A DNA stretch of 64,000 bases from Patescibacteria group bacterium. GTDB taxonomy: Bacteria > Patescibacteriota > Minisyncoccia > UBA6257 > GWB1-50-10. The stretch spans positions 171,010-235,009 of the forward strand of contig JANBVK010000001.1 in the NCBI GenBank assembly GCA_024239035.1. The letters run 5' to 3'. The notes below the pieces were generated by a model. It saw only the letters and a program-made list of their open reading frames with translations. It made no database searches and was not told where the DNA came from. The translations under genes and the position numbers were made by a program. This document shows positions 44,431 to 54,675 of the stretch, one piece after another; the first letter of the stretch is position 1, and each line of letters begins with the position of its first letter.

Positions 44431-47400
44431 TTACTCTAGTTTTTCAGCTTTTATATCATCTTCCCTACCATAATCAACGCTCAAGCCCAAGGATTTCAAT
44501 TCGCTAACTAGAACATTGAAAGATGCTGGGATGTTAGGTTTTTTGATGTCTTGACCGCGGATAATTGATTCAAAAGCAGCTGACCGCCCGATTATGTCGT
44601 CGGACTTAATAGTCAGCATTTCCTGGAGGGTGTGGGCGGCGCCATAACCTTCAAGTGCCCAAACCTCCATCTCACCAAAACGCTGACCACCAAGTTGAGC
44701 TTTCCCACCAAGCGGCTGCTGGGTAATTAAAGAATAAGGACCGGTTGAACGCATGTGAATTTTATCTTCAACTAAATGACTGAGCTTCATTATGTATATG
44801 TAGCCAACGGTAACCGGCCGATTAAAAGCTTTACCTGTTAAGCCGTCGTAGAGAGTAATCTTGCCGCTTGGAGGTAAACCAGCATTCACGAGTTCTTGTT
44901 TAATATCATCTTCAGACGCCCCAACAAAGTTGGGGACAACAGCTCTAAAACCAAGACGTTTAGCAGCAAAACCTAAGTGAGTTTCCAAAATCTGACCAAG
45001 ATTCATTCGGGAAATCACCCCCAAGGGGTTTAGAATAACGTCAACCGGCGTACCATCCTCTAAATAAGGCATGTCTTCAACGGGGCGAATTTGAGAAATG
45101 ACTCCTTTATTCCCATGGCGGCCGGTTAATTTATCACCAGCCATAATCTTTCTAATCTGGGCTACCTCAATTTGTATTTTCTTAATAATACCCGGTTCTA
45201 GTTTATCACCCTTATCCCTTGAGAAAATCTTAATACCTATAATCCTACCCTGCTTACCGTGGGGTAGAGTAAGTGAGGTATCTTTAACATCGCGGGCTTT
45301 CTCACCGAAGATAGCCCGGAGAAGCCGTTCCTCAGAATTAAGCTCAGACTCGCCTTTTGGCGAAATTTTTCCGACCAAAATATCGTTAGAGCGGACCTCA
45401 GCCCCAATCCGAACGATGCCCTCCTCATCTAAATTCCTAAGTTTTTCTTCGGCAACATTCGGGATATCCGGCGTGGTTAACTCCGGTCCCAGCTTTGTAT
45501 CCCGAACCGAACAAACCGAAGTTTCGATGTGAATAGACGTAAATAAATCATCTTTTTGAACACGCTCGGAGAGAATAATTGCATCCTCAAAATTTCCTCC
45601 ATGCCAGGGCATAAAAGCGACCAGTAGATTTTGACCCAACGCGAGTAAACCCCCTTCCGTAGCGGGACCGTCGGCTAAAAGAGTTCCTTTTTTAACCCTG
45701 TCCCCGACGCTCACTACTGGCTTCTGAGAAAGACAGGTAGATTGATTGGAACGTTTAAATTTTGAAATCGGGAAAATTTTTTCTTTAGAGTCGGCTTTAA
45801 TAACAATTGACTCTCCATCCACCAAACTAACAACTCCTTCAATATCAGAGATCACTACTTGTTTAGAGTCTCTAGCAGCTTTTTCTTCCTGACCTGTTCC
45901 AACAAGCGGCGCTTGAGGAAGAATAGACGGCACAGATTGACGTTGCATGTTCGAACCCATTAGTGCTCGGTTCGCGTCGTTGTGCTCTAGAAACGGTATA
46001 AGCGAAGTAGAGACACTGATAAACTGATCAGGTGATACATCGATGAAATCAAGTTCATCCCGCGAACAATTTCCAGGTTTCCCTTTGATCCTTGATGGAA
46101 TCCGTTTTTTTATAATAAGGTTCTTCTCGTCAGTTTTAATATCAGCTTGACCGATGTTGTATCTTTGCTCCTCTACCGCATCAAACCATACTATCTTATT
46201 CGTCACCCGGCCCTTTTCAACCTTAAAATAAGGCGCTTCCAAAAACCCCAGCTCATTAACCCTTGCATAGTTCGCTAAGTAGTTGACCAACCCAATGTTT
46301 GCTCCCTCAGGAGTCTGAATTGGACAAACACGGCCATAATAAGAAGGATGAACATCTCTAACTTCAAAGCCAGCCCGCTCGCGAGTAAGCCCTCCCGGAC
46401 CCATCGCCGACAGACGCCGCTTATGTTCGAGCTCAGCCAATGGATTTACTTGGTCCATAAACTGAGAGAGTTGAGAAGAAGTAAATAGGTCTCTTACAAC
46501 GGCTGTCAGCACTTTATAATTAACCAGTTGAGCTGGTTGAAAATTTTTTCTGTCTAATGTTGACATCCTGTCCTGAACGCCTCGGCGCATCCTCGCAAAC
46601 CCCACCCTTAATCTTGCTTGAACTAATTCACCGACGGCTCGAATGCGACGATTCCCTAAATGATCAATATCATCCGCCTCAGCATACTTATCATTGTTCA
46701 AGCGAATAATCTCTTTCACCATCGCCACTATATCCCCCAGATCTAAAACCCCTCCCTTCTTTTTCTTTAAACCAAGCCGCTGATTAAATTTAAACCTGCC
46801 CACCGCACCCAAATCATAACGATCAAAACGCTGAAACATTGGCTCAATAAGAGATCGGGCGTTATCAGCGGTTGCTAGATCTCCGGGCCTTAACCGTTTA
46901 TAAATTTCAACAAATGATTCATCAACGGTTTTCGTTTCGTCCTTATCAAGTGTCGCTTTAATATGTTCAACTTCACCGGTATCAACGCCTTTGAAAGTTC
47001 TAATTATTGCTTCGTTTGTTTCAAGCCCAAAAATTCTAAGAAGTTGTGTCACGGGCGCTTTGCGTTTCCGGTCAATTTTAACGCTGATTAAACCGCTCGC
47101 ATCGGTTTCGAGCTCAATCCACGAACCGCGGCTCGGAATAACTTTCGCGCCAAAAAGTTTCTTTCCTTTAAAAACACTAGCCGTGAAGTAAACGCCGGCA
47201 GAACGAATAAGTTGGGAAATTACCACCCGCTCAACACCGTTAATAATAAATGTTCCCCTCTCCGTCATTATTGGGAAATCTCCAAGATAGACCTCCTGAG
47301 TCCTAACTTGTTTAGCTACTTTATCAACTAACTTAAGGTTAACTCTGAGAGCGGCTTCATAAGTTTGGTCTTTCTCTTTGGCCTGATTCTCGGTGTATTT

Positions 47401-47631
47401 AGGCGAATCAAATTTATAATCCAAAAAATGAAGTTCTAATTCATTACCAGTATGATCTTTGATGGGAGATGTCTCACTAAAAAGTTCCTTCAAACCCTTT
47501 TCGCGGAACCATTTGAAAGAATTGAGCTGAACCTCAATAAGGTTGGGGCCCTTAAAAGCATGGCCTTTGTAAAATGAAAAAACTTTGGTTTTAAGCATAT
47601 AATGGCTAACCATGACAATACAGAGCAACAA
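44431..47631 (-). CDS. rpoB: DNA-directed RNA polymerase subunit beta
   Basis: 1066 aa with the conserved beta blocks, for example GRHGNKGVIS and LGGQRFGEMEVWALEGYGAA. The exact start is uncertain; MLKTKVF is also possible. Confidence 0.95.
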   Translation of the reverse strand: MLLCIVMVSHYMLKTKVFSFYKGHAFKGPNLIEVQLNSFKWFREKGLKELFSETSPIKDHTGNELELHFLDYKFDSPKYTENQAKEKDQTYEAALRVNLKLVDKVAKQVRTQEVYLGDFPIMTERGTFIINGVERVVISQLIRSAGVYFTASVFKGKKLFGAKVIPSRGSWIELETDASGLISVKIDRKRKAPVTQLLRIFGLETNEAIIRTFKGVDTGEVEHIKATLDKDETKTVDESFVEIYKRLRPGDLATADNARSLIEPMFQRFDRYDLGAVGRFKFNQRLGLKKKKGGVLDLGDIVAMVKEIIRLNNDKYAEADDIDHLGNRRIRAVGELVQARLRVGFARMRRGVQDRMSTLDRKNFQPAQLVNYKVLTAVVRDLFTSSQLSQFMDQVNPLAELEHKRRLSAMGPGGLTRERAGFEVRDVHPSYYGRVCPIQTPEGANIGLVNYLANYARVNELGFLEAPYFKVEKGRVTNKIVWFDAVEEQRYNIGQADIKTDEKNLIIKKRIPSRIKGKPGNCSRDELDFIDVSPDQFISVSTSLIPFLEHNDANRALMGSNMQRQSVPSILPQAPLVGTGQEEKAARDSKQVVISDIEGVVSLVDGESIVIKADSKEKIFPISKFKRSNQSTCLSQKPVVSVGDRVKKGTLLADGPATEGGLLALGQNLLVAFMPWHGGNFEDAIILSERVQKDDLFTSIHIETSVCSVRDTKLGPELTTPDIPNVAEEKLRNLDEEGIVRIGAEVRSNDILVGKISPKGESELNSEERLLRAIFGEKARDVKDTSLTLPHGKQGRIIGIKIFSRDKGDKLEPGIIKKIQIEVAQIRKIMAGDKLTGRHGNKGVISQIRPVEDMPYLEDGTPVDVILNPLGVISRMNLGQILETHLGFAAKRLGFRAVVPNFVGASEDDIKQELVNAGLPPSGKITLYDGLTGKAFNRPVTVGYIYIMKLSHLVEDKIHMRSTGPYSLITQQPLGGKAQLGGQRFGEMEVWALEGYGAAHTLQEMLTIKSDDIIGRSAAFESIIRGQDIKKPNIPASFNVLVSELKSLGLSVDYGREDDIKAEKLE

Positions 47632-47685
47632 CGACCACTAGCAGCTTTTTAAGCTGTTATTGTTATGGTTATTATTATTGTAAAA

Positions 47686-48747
47686 CTAGAGGTATCTCAC
47701 CCGATTGCGATTATGCTCTTCCAGTGTTCTGGAAAATATTGTTTCTTTTGTTTCTTTTGCTGAAAGGTAATATAGGTAAGGACTTGCTTGAGAATTAAGA
47801 GCGGCGGAGATCGCGGACTGACCAGGATTTGCAATAGGCGTCGGTGTCCATCCTAGTCGCTGATAGGTATTGTAAGGGGAAGAAAGAGTCAAATCTTTCC
47901 TGGTCACTACCGCTTGGGAACACTCCTTAAGTTCACCACCGCATCTAAAGTAACTAACTGTCGCATCTACCTGTAATGGTATGCCGAGACGCAAACGCTT
48001 AAGTAAAATACCAGCCACCACCTGCCGGTCATTAAAATCAGGAACTTCTCTCTCTAAAAATGATGCAAGAATGAGAAAGTCATACCAATTCTTTTCTGTC
48101 TGAAGAAGTGACCAGGCTTTGATTTTAAAGTTATCAAGAAAACGCTCCACAACCCTATCTATTCCAGAATCAACTTCAAATCGATAAGTATCGGGAAAAA
48201 TAAAACCCTCTAAAGAAGTAACTTGGGCAAGAAATGGATAATTATCTGCAAGTTCATCAAAAGAATAATTAATTAAAGCGCCCTTTTCAATTACCCCTGC
48301 CGCTCTTAAAATACCATCAATGTCTTTAAAGGTTGTTCCCTCGGGTATAGTGACAGTAACCTCATTCTTACCTCTCGTTGTTAGTAGATTGACAACCTGA
48401 GGCACGCTCATGGTCTCTCTAAGCTCGTGAATTCCGGGTTGGAATTTCTGGGCTTTGCCAGTTAGTAATGAATATAATTTAAACACAGTAATAGATTTTA
48501 TAAGTGACTGACTAGAAAGACGAGCGCTAATTTCTTTAAGACCTTCCCCTTTGGAAATTTTGAAAATAGTCGGCTCTATATTTTGGGCTGCACCGTCCAC
48601 AACCTCCTCCGATACGTTTGGCTGCAAACCATAAAAAAAATAGGCAGTCATCAGTATCAAAAATAAAACCGCTCCCAAACTTATCAGAAGACGTAAATCT
48701 AATAAGCCTCTTTGTTTAGTATGAGGATTCAAGCTTAATTTTCTCAA
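47686..48747 (-). CDS. mltG: Endolytic murein transglycosylase MltG/YceG-like
   Basis: 353 aa with an N-terminal TM and a YceG-like domain whose C-terminus reads ...YYLSAKETKETIFSRTLEEHNRN. The annotated start overlaps the ftsW 3' end by about 30 nt. Confidence 0.65.
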   Translation of the reverse strand: MRKLSLNPHTKQRGLLDLRLLISLGAVLFLILMTAYFFYGLQPNVSEEVVDGAAQNIEPTIFKISKGEGLKEISARLSSQSLIKSITVFKLYSLLTGKAQKFQPGIHELRETMSVPQVVNLLTTRGKNEVTVTIPEGTTFKDIDGILRAAGVIEKGALINYSFDELADNYPFLAQVTSLEGFIFPDTYRFEVDSGIDRVVERFLDNFKIKAWSLLQTEKNWYDFLILASFLEREVPDFNDRQVVAGILLKRLRLGIPLQVDATVSYFRCGGELKECSQAVVTRKDLTLSSPYNTYQRLGWTPTPIANPGQSAISAALNSQASPYLYYLSAKETKETIFSRTLEEHNRNRVRYL

Positions 48748-49789
48748 TTATACTTATAAGGACTGAAATCGTCAATATGCTCGACCCGCCATAGCTCAAA
48801 AAAGGAAAGTTAATCCCGGTTACGGGCAAAAACCCCAGATTTGAGCCAATATTAACAAAAAAGTGTATAACCAATATTAACCCAACGCCTAAAACAATGA
48901 ATTTCGAATCATTATTTCTGGCTTTTATGCCAATACCCACCATTCTAAAAATAATTAAAAGAAACGTCAAGACAACGAAAATTCCCCCAAATAAACCCCA
49001 CTCTTCAATAAAGGCCGCGAATAAAAAATCGGTCTGAGCTTCCGGTAAAAAATTAAGTTGAGTCTGAGTCCCCTCGCCAAATCCCTTACCCCAAAAACCG
49101 GCTGACCCTATAGCAATCTTAGATTGAATAACATTATAATTGACACCCAACGGATCCGACTCTGGAAAAATAAAACCTGTAAGGCGATCTTTTTGGTAAG
49201 GTTTAAGAAAAAACATCCAAAGCAGGGTTACCACAAGAACGGCAACAACAAGACCTAAGACTAACCTTTTTTTGTTAATACCGCTTATAAGTAAAAAACC
49301 GATCCAAATACCTAAAATTACCAGAGCCGAACCAAAATCGGGTTGTATAGCAACAAGAACGACTGGGATAAGAGTATAGAATAAAGAAAGAGCAATGTTC
49401 TTCCCTAACCACGCCGCGATGTACCGGCGCGAAAAAAAACCCGCCAAAACTATAATGAGCGCTAGTTTCGCGAGCTCCGCAGGTTCAAATTGGAGACCCC
49501 CAAATTGAAGCCAGCTTTTTACTCCGCGAACCGTCCCTGTCTGTAGATTAGATAAAACGAGAAGCAAAACACTAAACCAATATAGACCATAGCGAAACCG
49601 TGGCTGACTAATTAATCTTCTCCAATCTAGACGGCTGGCTCCCAAAATAATAATAAAACCCAAAATATACCAGACCAATTGCCGCCAGAAAAAACCTATA
49701 CTGGAACTTGCAAGAGAAACGAGGCTTGCAACCGCAAGCACTAAAAGACCAACAAATAAGACCCAATCAAAATTACGTAACGTACCCAT
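48716..49789 (-). CDS. ftsW: SEDS family peptidoglycan glycosyltransferase (FtsW/RodA)
   Basis: 357 aa polytopic membrane protein carrying the conserved FQPAELAK and NFPFLSYGGSS motifs. Confidence 0.8.
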   Translation of the reverse strand: MGTLRNFDWVLFVGLLVLAVASLVSLASSSIGFFWRQLVWYILGFIIILGASRLDWRRLISQPRFRYGLYWFSVLLLVLSNLQTGTVRGVKSWLQFGGLQFEPAELAKLALIIVLAGFFSRRYIAAWLGKNIALSLFYTLIPVVLVAIQPDFGSALVILGIWIGFLLISGINKKRLVLGLVVAVLVVTLLWMFFLKPYQKDRLTGFIFPESDPLGVNYNVIQSKIAIGSAGFWGKGFGEGTQTQLNFLPEAQTDFLFAAFIEEWGLFGGIFVVLTFLLIIFRMVGIGIKARNNDSKFIVLGVGLILVIHFFVNIGSNLGFLPVTGINFPFLSYGGSSILTISVLISIIEKIKLESSY

Positions 49790-49954
49790 TATTTGTAAGA
49801 AATCCTAGCATCGTTTACAATTTTTCGTTATACAAGCCGAAGTAAGTAGTTCCGATTCGCGAGGGTAAGACCGGGCTAGCGCCCTCGGAGCGCACGAGCG
49901 AGTGGAACTATTTGCTGAGGTGAAAGTGTAAACAACGCTCTATATTCTTACACA

Positions 49955-50722
49955 TTATTGAACGTTAAAAAACACCTTTGTTGCCTCCTCGTCAATCTGC
50001 TCACTAAAACGAGTGTCCGCTGGGAAAAAAATATTAAACGGGGCCTCTTCAAACCCACCAATTCTTGCAATAACCGTCTGCGATGCAAAGAGTTCTGCCC
50101 CGTGAACATTGTCCAAAATAACTGCCACAACGTTCACGGTTGGAGCAATAACCGGTGATCTGTTTCTCATTATCCCCGCCACTCGCACCTTCCCATCTTC
50201 CTCCACTACTGTGTCCACTTCCGATATAATAAGCGAAGGATATGGCATCTCCGAAGCAACCACCCAGTCGGGCTTACTAAAAACAAGTTCTACGTGCGAA
50301 ATGTCAGGAGTTTTCACGACAACATTCGGCTCATACATATACGTTCTCTCTGAAGGATACAAATGTTCTTCTCCTACAATAGTCTCAATAAGCGCGCCGC
50401 CCCGATTATAAAGACGAAATCGGTAATCAACTATTGCGCCGTAGGTAGAGTTAGGATTCACAATCTCAGCCAAAAGAACAGTTTGTCCTGAGGATAGACC
50501 GAACACCCGCACCGGCCCCGTTACCTTGGGCGCTTTAAGGTTTAGCTCCTCACACGATATACAAGGACCATCACAGTCTATCCCCTTCTCATCCTGGTTA
50601 ATCTTATTATCAAAACAACTGGGACTTGGTTTAAACGCCGACGAATAAATACTGAGTAAAATCAATGCAAAAATTGCCAGATAAAAAATGCCATAGACGA
50701 ATTGTTTAAGAGAACGAGACAT
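49955..50722 (-). CDS. Hypothetical exported or membrane-anchored protein
   Basis: 255-aa ORF with an N-terminal TM and a Cys-containing extracytoplasmic domain. No family was recognised. Confidence 0.5.
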   Translation of the reverse strand: MSRSLKQFVYGIFYLAIFALILLSIYSSAFKPSPSCFDNKINQDEKGIDCDGPCISCEELNLKAPKVTGPVRVFGLSSGQTVLLAEIVNPNSTYGAIVDYRFRLYNRGGALIETIVGEEHLYPSERTYMYEPNVVVKTPDISHVELVFSKPDWVVASEMPYPSLIISEVDTVVEEDGKVRVAGIMRNRSPVIAPTVNVVAVILDNVHGAELFASQTVIARIGGFEEAPFNIFFPADTRFSEQIDEEATKVFFNVQ

Positions 50723-50727
50723 GATGC

Positions 50728-51495
50728 CTAGAACTTACTCGCTATTCGTACTATCTTCCTAAACTCCAGTTGCTTCAAACTCGCTCCTCCAACGAGCGCG
50801 CCGCCTATCTCATCGTGCTTTAAAAACCCCTCAGCGTTTTTTGCATCCACCGATCCTCCATATAATATCCCAGCTTCCGGCTTAACCCTGGCTTTTAGCA
50901 CTCTTTTTATAAATTGGATCATTCTGACGGCATCTTCTGGCGTATCGCTTTTTCCCCCACTGACCGAAGAAATTGCCCAAATGGGTTCATAAGTAACAAT
51001 TAACCGATTAGTGTTTAGTAGGTAACTCTTAATTCCATACAGATTCTTCGATAATTGCTGTTTAACAAACCGCTTCGCAGCGGCGAGACCTCTTCTCCGA
51101 ACCGCTGGAGGTTCGCCAACGCATAAAATTACTTTTAAGCCTGCAGTGAGAACTGCAATCACCTTTTTATTTACTTGGTTTTCTGTTTCACCGAGCGCAC
51201 GGCGTTCAGAGTGACCAACTATAACGTATTTCACCCCAAGCGATTTCAGCTGTGAGGAGGACACTTCTCCTGTATACGCTCCTCCGCCGGCTGACGGATT
51301 CTCCCAAAAAACGTCTTGAGCGCCAAGCTTAGCTTTTTTCATTACCTGATTCAAAGGCGATAAAAATGGGAATGGCGGTGCTATCACCACTTCCACACCG
51401 CGAGGAATTTCCCCATCAATTTGTCTCGCAAGACGCTCCGCTTCTTTCTCGCTGGCTGGATTCATCTTCCAGTTTGCAATAATTATCTTTTTCAC
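50728..51495 (-). CDS. tpiA: Triosephosphate isomerase
   Basis: 255 aa with IIANWKMN, VIVGHSERR and a GGASL-type C-terminus. Confidence 0.9.
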   Translation of the reverse strand: MKKIIIANWKMNPASEKEAERLARQIDGEIPRGVEVVIAPPFPFLSPLNQVMKKAKLGAQDVFWENPSAGGGAYTGEVSSSQLKSLGVKYVIVGHSERRALGETENQVNKKVIAVLTAGLKVILCVGEPPAVRRRGLAAAKRFVKQQLSKNLYGIKSYLLNTNRLIVTYEPIWAISSVSGGKSDTPEDAVRMIQFIKRVLKARVKPEAGILYGGSVDAKNAEGFLKHDEIGGALVGGASLKQLEFRKIVRIASKF

Positions 51496-51600
51496 CCCGT
51501 TAGAAAATTAAAACCAGTGTCTTTCCGACCCAAAAGACGCTTTGTTCTTGTATGAAGCCCTGAATTAGAATAAACATTTTTGTTAATTTTCTAACGGGGT

Positions 51601-52065
51601 TCATAAAAAGAGTAGTGTCGTCTCAGATAATGATAAAACAACTAAACCGGAAATGATAATCCCGAATGCTATTATAAATGTCGCTCGTCTCGGGGGTACT
51701 CCGAAGACGAATGCGGCCACCGTCCCGCTCCACGCACCGGTAAAAGGCAGCGGTATGGCAACAAAAAGTAAAAGCGCCAACTCTTTCCAAACCTCAAAGC
51801 GTTTTTCATGCCTCGCCCGCGTTCGCTCAAAGAGCCACGCGAAGAAACGGTTAAGAAAGTACAACCGGTGAATAAGCTTCTCATAGAGAAAATTCCAGAA
51901 AAAAAGTAGTGGAATAACCGGTAAAAAGTTCCCCACCACGCCCAAAACGTACGCCTCAAATGAAGGAATGCCAAAAGCAAAAATAGCCACCGGTATCGCC
52001 CCTCTTAACTCCAACACCGGCGAAGCAGCTATAAGAATAGTGAGTATTTCTTTAGAAAAAAACAT
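51601..52065 (-). CDS. Small polytopic membrane protein, possibly of the small multidrug export (COG2426) family
   Basis: 154 aa with four hydrophobic segments and an ELRGAIP motif. The family assignment is tentative. Confidence 0.45.
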   Translation of the reverse strand: MFFSKEILTILIAASPVLELRGAIPVAIFAFGIPSFEAYVLGVVGNFLPVIPLLFFWNFLYEKLIHRLYFLNRFFAWLFERTRARHEKRFEVWKELALLLFVAIPLPFTGAWSGTVAAFVFGVPPRRATFIIAFGIIISGLVVLSLSETTLLFL

Positions 52066-52083
52066 AAATGTAATGTCTTAAAC

Positions 52084-52191
52084 TCTACTTTCTTTTGTTG
52101 CTGAGTATCTCGGAGTGAGGCTACAAATTACCGAAGCGAGTGAGGATAATTTGTCCGAACGAAGAGCACGAAACAACAAAAGAAAGTAGAG
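52084..52191. other. Long nested stem-loop: an 18-bp perfect inverted repeat (ctctactttcttttgttg / caacaaaagaaagtagag) enclosing an inner 8-bp stem. Candidate terminator or structured RNA
   Basis: Read from the sequence. It sits 6 nt after the galT-like stop, and the next gene's ATG is about 20 nt beyond it. Confidence 0.5.
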
Positions 52192-52196
52192 ATAAC

Positions 52197-53192
52197 TCAC
52201 TTCTTTACCCGTAAAAGCTGTGCTGCTTCGTCCGGGTCAACTACGTTAATATCAATGCCAGTCCCCAATTCAAAACCAGCCGCAATACTTATCTTGGGTA
52301 AAATCTCAATGTGCCAATGGTAATGTTTATATCTTTTCTTGTTTAGAATAGGACTCGTATGAATGAAAAAATTATAATCAGGATCACTCAAATTCTTCTC
52401 CAGCGTTAAAAGCGATTTCTGGAGCGCTTCTACCACCCACTTTAATTCTGAACGAGAAACATCTTCAAAAAATGGCTGATGTCTCTTTGGAAAAATTCTT
52501 AGCTCAAAGGGTGCGCGCGAAACAAAAGGAGCAAATGCAATGCTTCCTCGATTTTCATAGATAACTCTGGATCGCCCTTTCTGTTCCCATTTAATCATCT
52601 CACAGTGAACGCATTTCTTATGTTTTTTAGAATAATTAAATGAACCATGAATAGAATGTTCCACGTCCGGCGGGATAATCGGAAGTGCAATCATCTGGTA
52701 GTGGGGATGATAAATTGAAGCCCCCGCGCTCGGTCCCCAATTATGAAACATGGAAATATAAGCTATACAAGCGTCATCACCAAGCATTAAATAACGCTCC
52801 TTAAAAACTTCAAAAACCTGATTAGCACGCTCGGTACTAAGATGGGGAAAATTCCTATTGTGGTCGCGTGTAACTACTAAATCCTGATGGCCAATATCCC
52901 CGACCATTGAATAGGGCCCCTTTTTAAAGATCTCTGCGCAGACTTCCTGATGAATTAAAATAGGATATTTATTCTCAAAAACCTGTACCTGCCAATCACT
53001 TCCATTTTTCTTAATAATAAAAGGTTCTCCATGGCCGGTTTTCTGGGGATTTTCAAAAGGACACCCTTTTAAAGGTGCTTTTCTCCTTTTTGCTTTTTTT
53101 TTAATGATATCGTGAGGACGTTTGCGGCGACCCGGGGCAATAACAATCCAATCACCGGAAACGGGGTCTTGCCGTAATTGTGAACGCCTCAT
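52197..53192 (-). CDS. Galactose-1-phosphate uridylyltransferase-like HIT-superfamily nucleotidyltransferase
   Basis: 331 aa with the N-terminal CPF zinc motif, HPHYQM and a C-terminal HYHWHIEILPK. Confidence 0.6.
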   Translation of the reverse strand: MRRSQLRQDPVSGDWIVIAPGRRKRPHDIIKKKAKRRKAPLKGCPFENPQKTGHGEPFIIKKNGSDWQVQVFENKYPILIHQEVCAEIFKKGPYSMVGDIGHQDLVVTRDHNRNFPHLSTERANQVFEVFKERYLMLGDDACIAYISMFHNWGPSAGASIYHPHYQMIALPIIPPDVEHSIHGSFNYSKKHKKCVHCEMIKWEQKGRSRVIYENRGSIAFAPFVSRAPFELRIFPKRHQPFFEDVSRSELKWVVEALQKSLLTLEKNLSDPDYNFFIHTSPILNKKRYKHYHWHIEILPKISIAAGFELGTGIDINVVDPDEAAQLLRVKK

Positions 53193-53920
53193 GATTTAAT
53201 ATTGTACTTTCCTCCCCATAACCACCACCGTACTCTCACCACATCCCAAAGCGTTGAAATATAACCTTTTATGCCTACGTGCGAGTACGGATCGTTAACC
53301 CACGTTACGGGAATTTCTTTAATCTTATAACCTAACTTTTTAGCCAGAGCGAGAGCTTCAACATCAAACCCCCAACGGTCAATTTTAACCAAGTTAAAAA
53401 TCTTTTTCGCAGACTCTTCAGAAAAAGACTTAAAACCGCATTGAGTATCCCAGATACCGGGTAAAACAAGCGCTTGAATAAACAAATTGCCGAGATTACC
53501 CAACAGTACTTTGTACCATGGCTGCGGCGGTACTAATTTAGCTCCTTTTATGTCCCGAGAACAAATCACCACGTCATAACCTTTTTCAAAATAAGGAATC
53601 ATTTTATTGAAATGATCAACAGACGTTGAATTATCTGCATCCGTAAACAGCCGCCAACTCCCTTTAGATTCAAGCATTCCCTGACGAACCACCCAACCCT
53701 TACCATGATTTTCTTTATTATCAATCACCCTCAAGTTTTTCATCAAATTACTAAATTTCTTCACAACTTCCACTGTGGAATCCTTAGAACCATCACTCAC
53801 CACAATAACCTCCGAAGAATACTCGGCTTTAGAAAGATGACGATTAACATCAACAAGCGTCGGGATTATCCGCTTGGCTTCATTATAGGCAGGGATAATG
53901 ACAGAAAGAAAAGGTTTCAT
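53189..53920 (-). CDS. Family 2 glycosyltransferase (polyprenyl-phosphate sugar synthase-like)
   Basis: 243 aa with VIIPAYNEAKRI, DGSKD and a DAD motif. Confidence 0.7.
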   Translation of the reverse strand: MKPFLSVIIPAYNEAKRIIPTLVDVNRHLSKAEYSSEVIVVSDGSKDSTVEVVKKFSNLMKNLRVIDNKENHGKGWVVRQGMLESKGSWRLFTDADNSTSVDHFNKMIPYFEKGYDVVICSRDIKGAKLVPPQPWYKVLLGNLGNLFIQALVLPGIWDTQCGFKSFSEESAKKIFNLVKIDRWGFDVEALALAKKLGYKIKEIPVTWVNDPYSHVGIKGYISTLWDVVRVRWWLWGGKYNIKS

Positions 53921-53983
53921 ATATTAAAATTCCAAATCACAAGTCCCAAATTATAAACAATATCAAAATTCCAAATTCAAAAT

Positions 53984-54646
53984 TCAAGACACGTTTTGGT
54001 CATTTGAATTTCGGTCATTGGTACTTATTTGTGATTTGGTGCTTGGTGCTTGGGATTTAAATACAATGTACCTGTATGCCAAAAAGTTCCATAAAAGAGA
54101 GATGACGGTAGCAATGAGTGCTCCAATATTAACCCATAGTCTTGGATCTACCTCAAAAACAGGTCCTAAGACGGTAACTATAAAAGAAGCGATACTCACG
54201 TTAATTAAAAGACCTATGATTGTAAAGAAAATAAACCGGCTGAATTCCTTCAATTTAACAGGTATTTTACTCTGGAACGTCCAGAATTTATTCCAAAAAT
54301 AGCTGTTGACCGTAGCCGCCAAAAAAGAAATGGCTTTGAAAACGCTAAAATAAATCCCGGCGTAAACACCTGTCAGTAATATCAAAAAGTTCAGTACTCC
54401 TAAATCAATCACTGTGTTCAACGCTCCCACTGCCGCGAATTTCCCAAATTGATAGAGCACCGCCCAAAAACGGCTTAAAAATTTGAGAATCAAAAGTGCG
54501 ATCGGAGCTAATACGGTAAAGCCGACAACTGAGATGAGAGCCAATTTAGGAGTAACTACAAGACCTAAATTTTTAGCCGGTAAGAGCACCAACAAACCAA
54601 ACAAAAACCCAATAAGTGATACAAGATATAAATCTTTTTTGGTCAT
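53984..54646 (-). CDS. GtrA-like polysaccharide-synthesis membrane protein
   Basis: 220 aa with four TMs and a GALNTVIDLGVLNFL block typical of the GtrA family. It is adjacent to the GT2 gene. Confidence 0.5.
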   Translation of the reverse strand: MTKKDLYLVSLIGFLFGLLVLLPAKNLGLVVTPKLALISVVGFTVLAPIALLILKFLSRFWAVLYQFGKFAAVGALNTVIDLGVLNFLILLTGVYAGIYFSVFKAISFLAATVNSYFWNKFWTFQSKIPVKLKEFSRFIFFTIIGLLINVSIASFIVTVLGPVFEVDPRLWVNIGALIATVISLLWNFLAYRYIVFKSQAPSTKSQISTNDRNSNDQNVS

Positions 54647-54675
54647 TTATAATTAATAATACGAGCTACTATCTG

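Noticed and set aside
49790-49954. Possible tRNA or SRP/4.5S RNA in the GC-rich gap upstream of ftsW.
   Set aside because: There is no GTTCRANYC T-loop, no cloverleaf, and no SRP domain IV motif (GGAAGCAGCC-like). It is kept only as an unclassified structured element.
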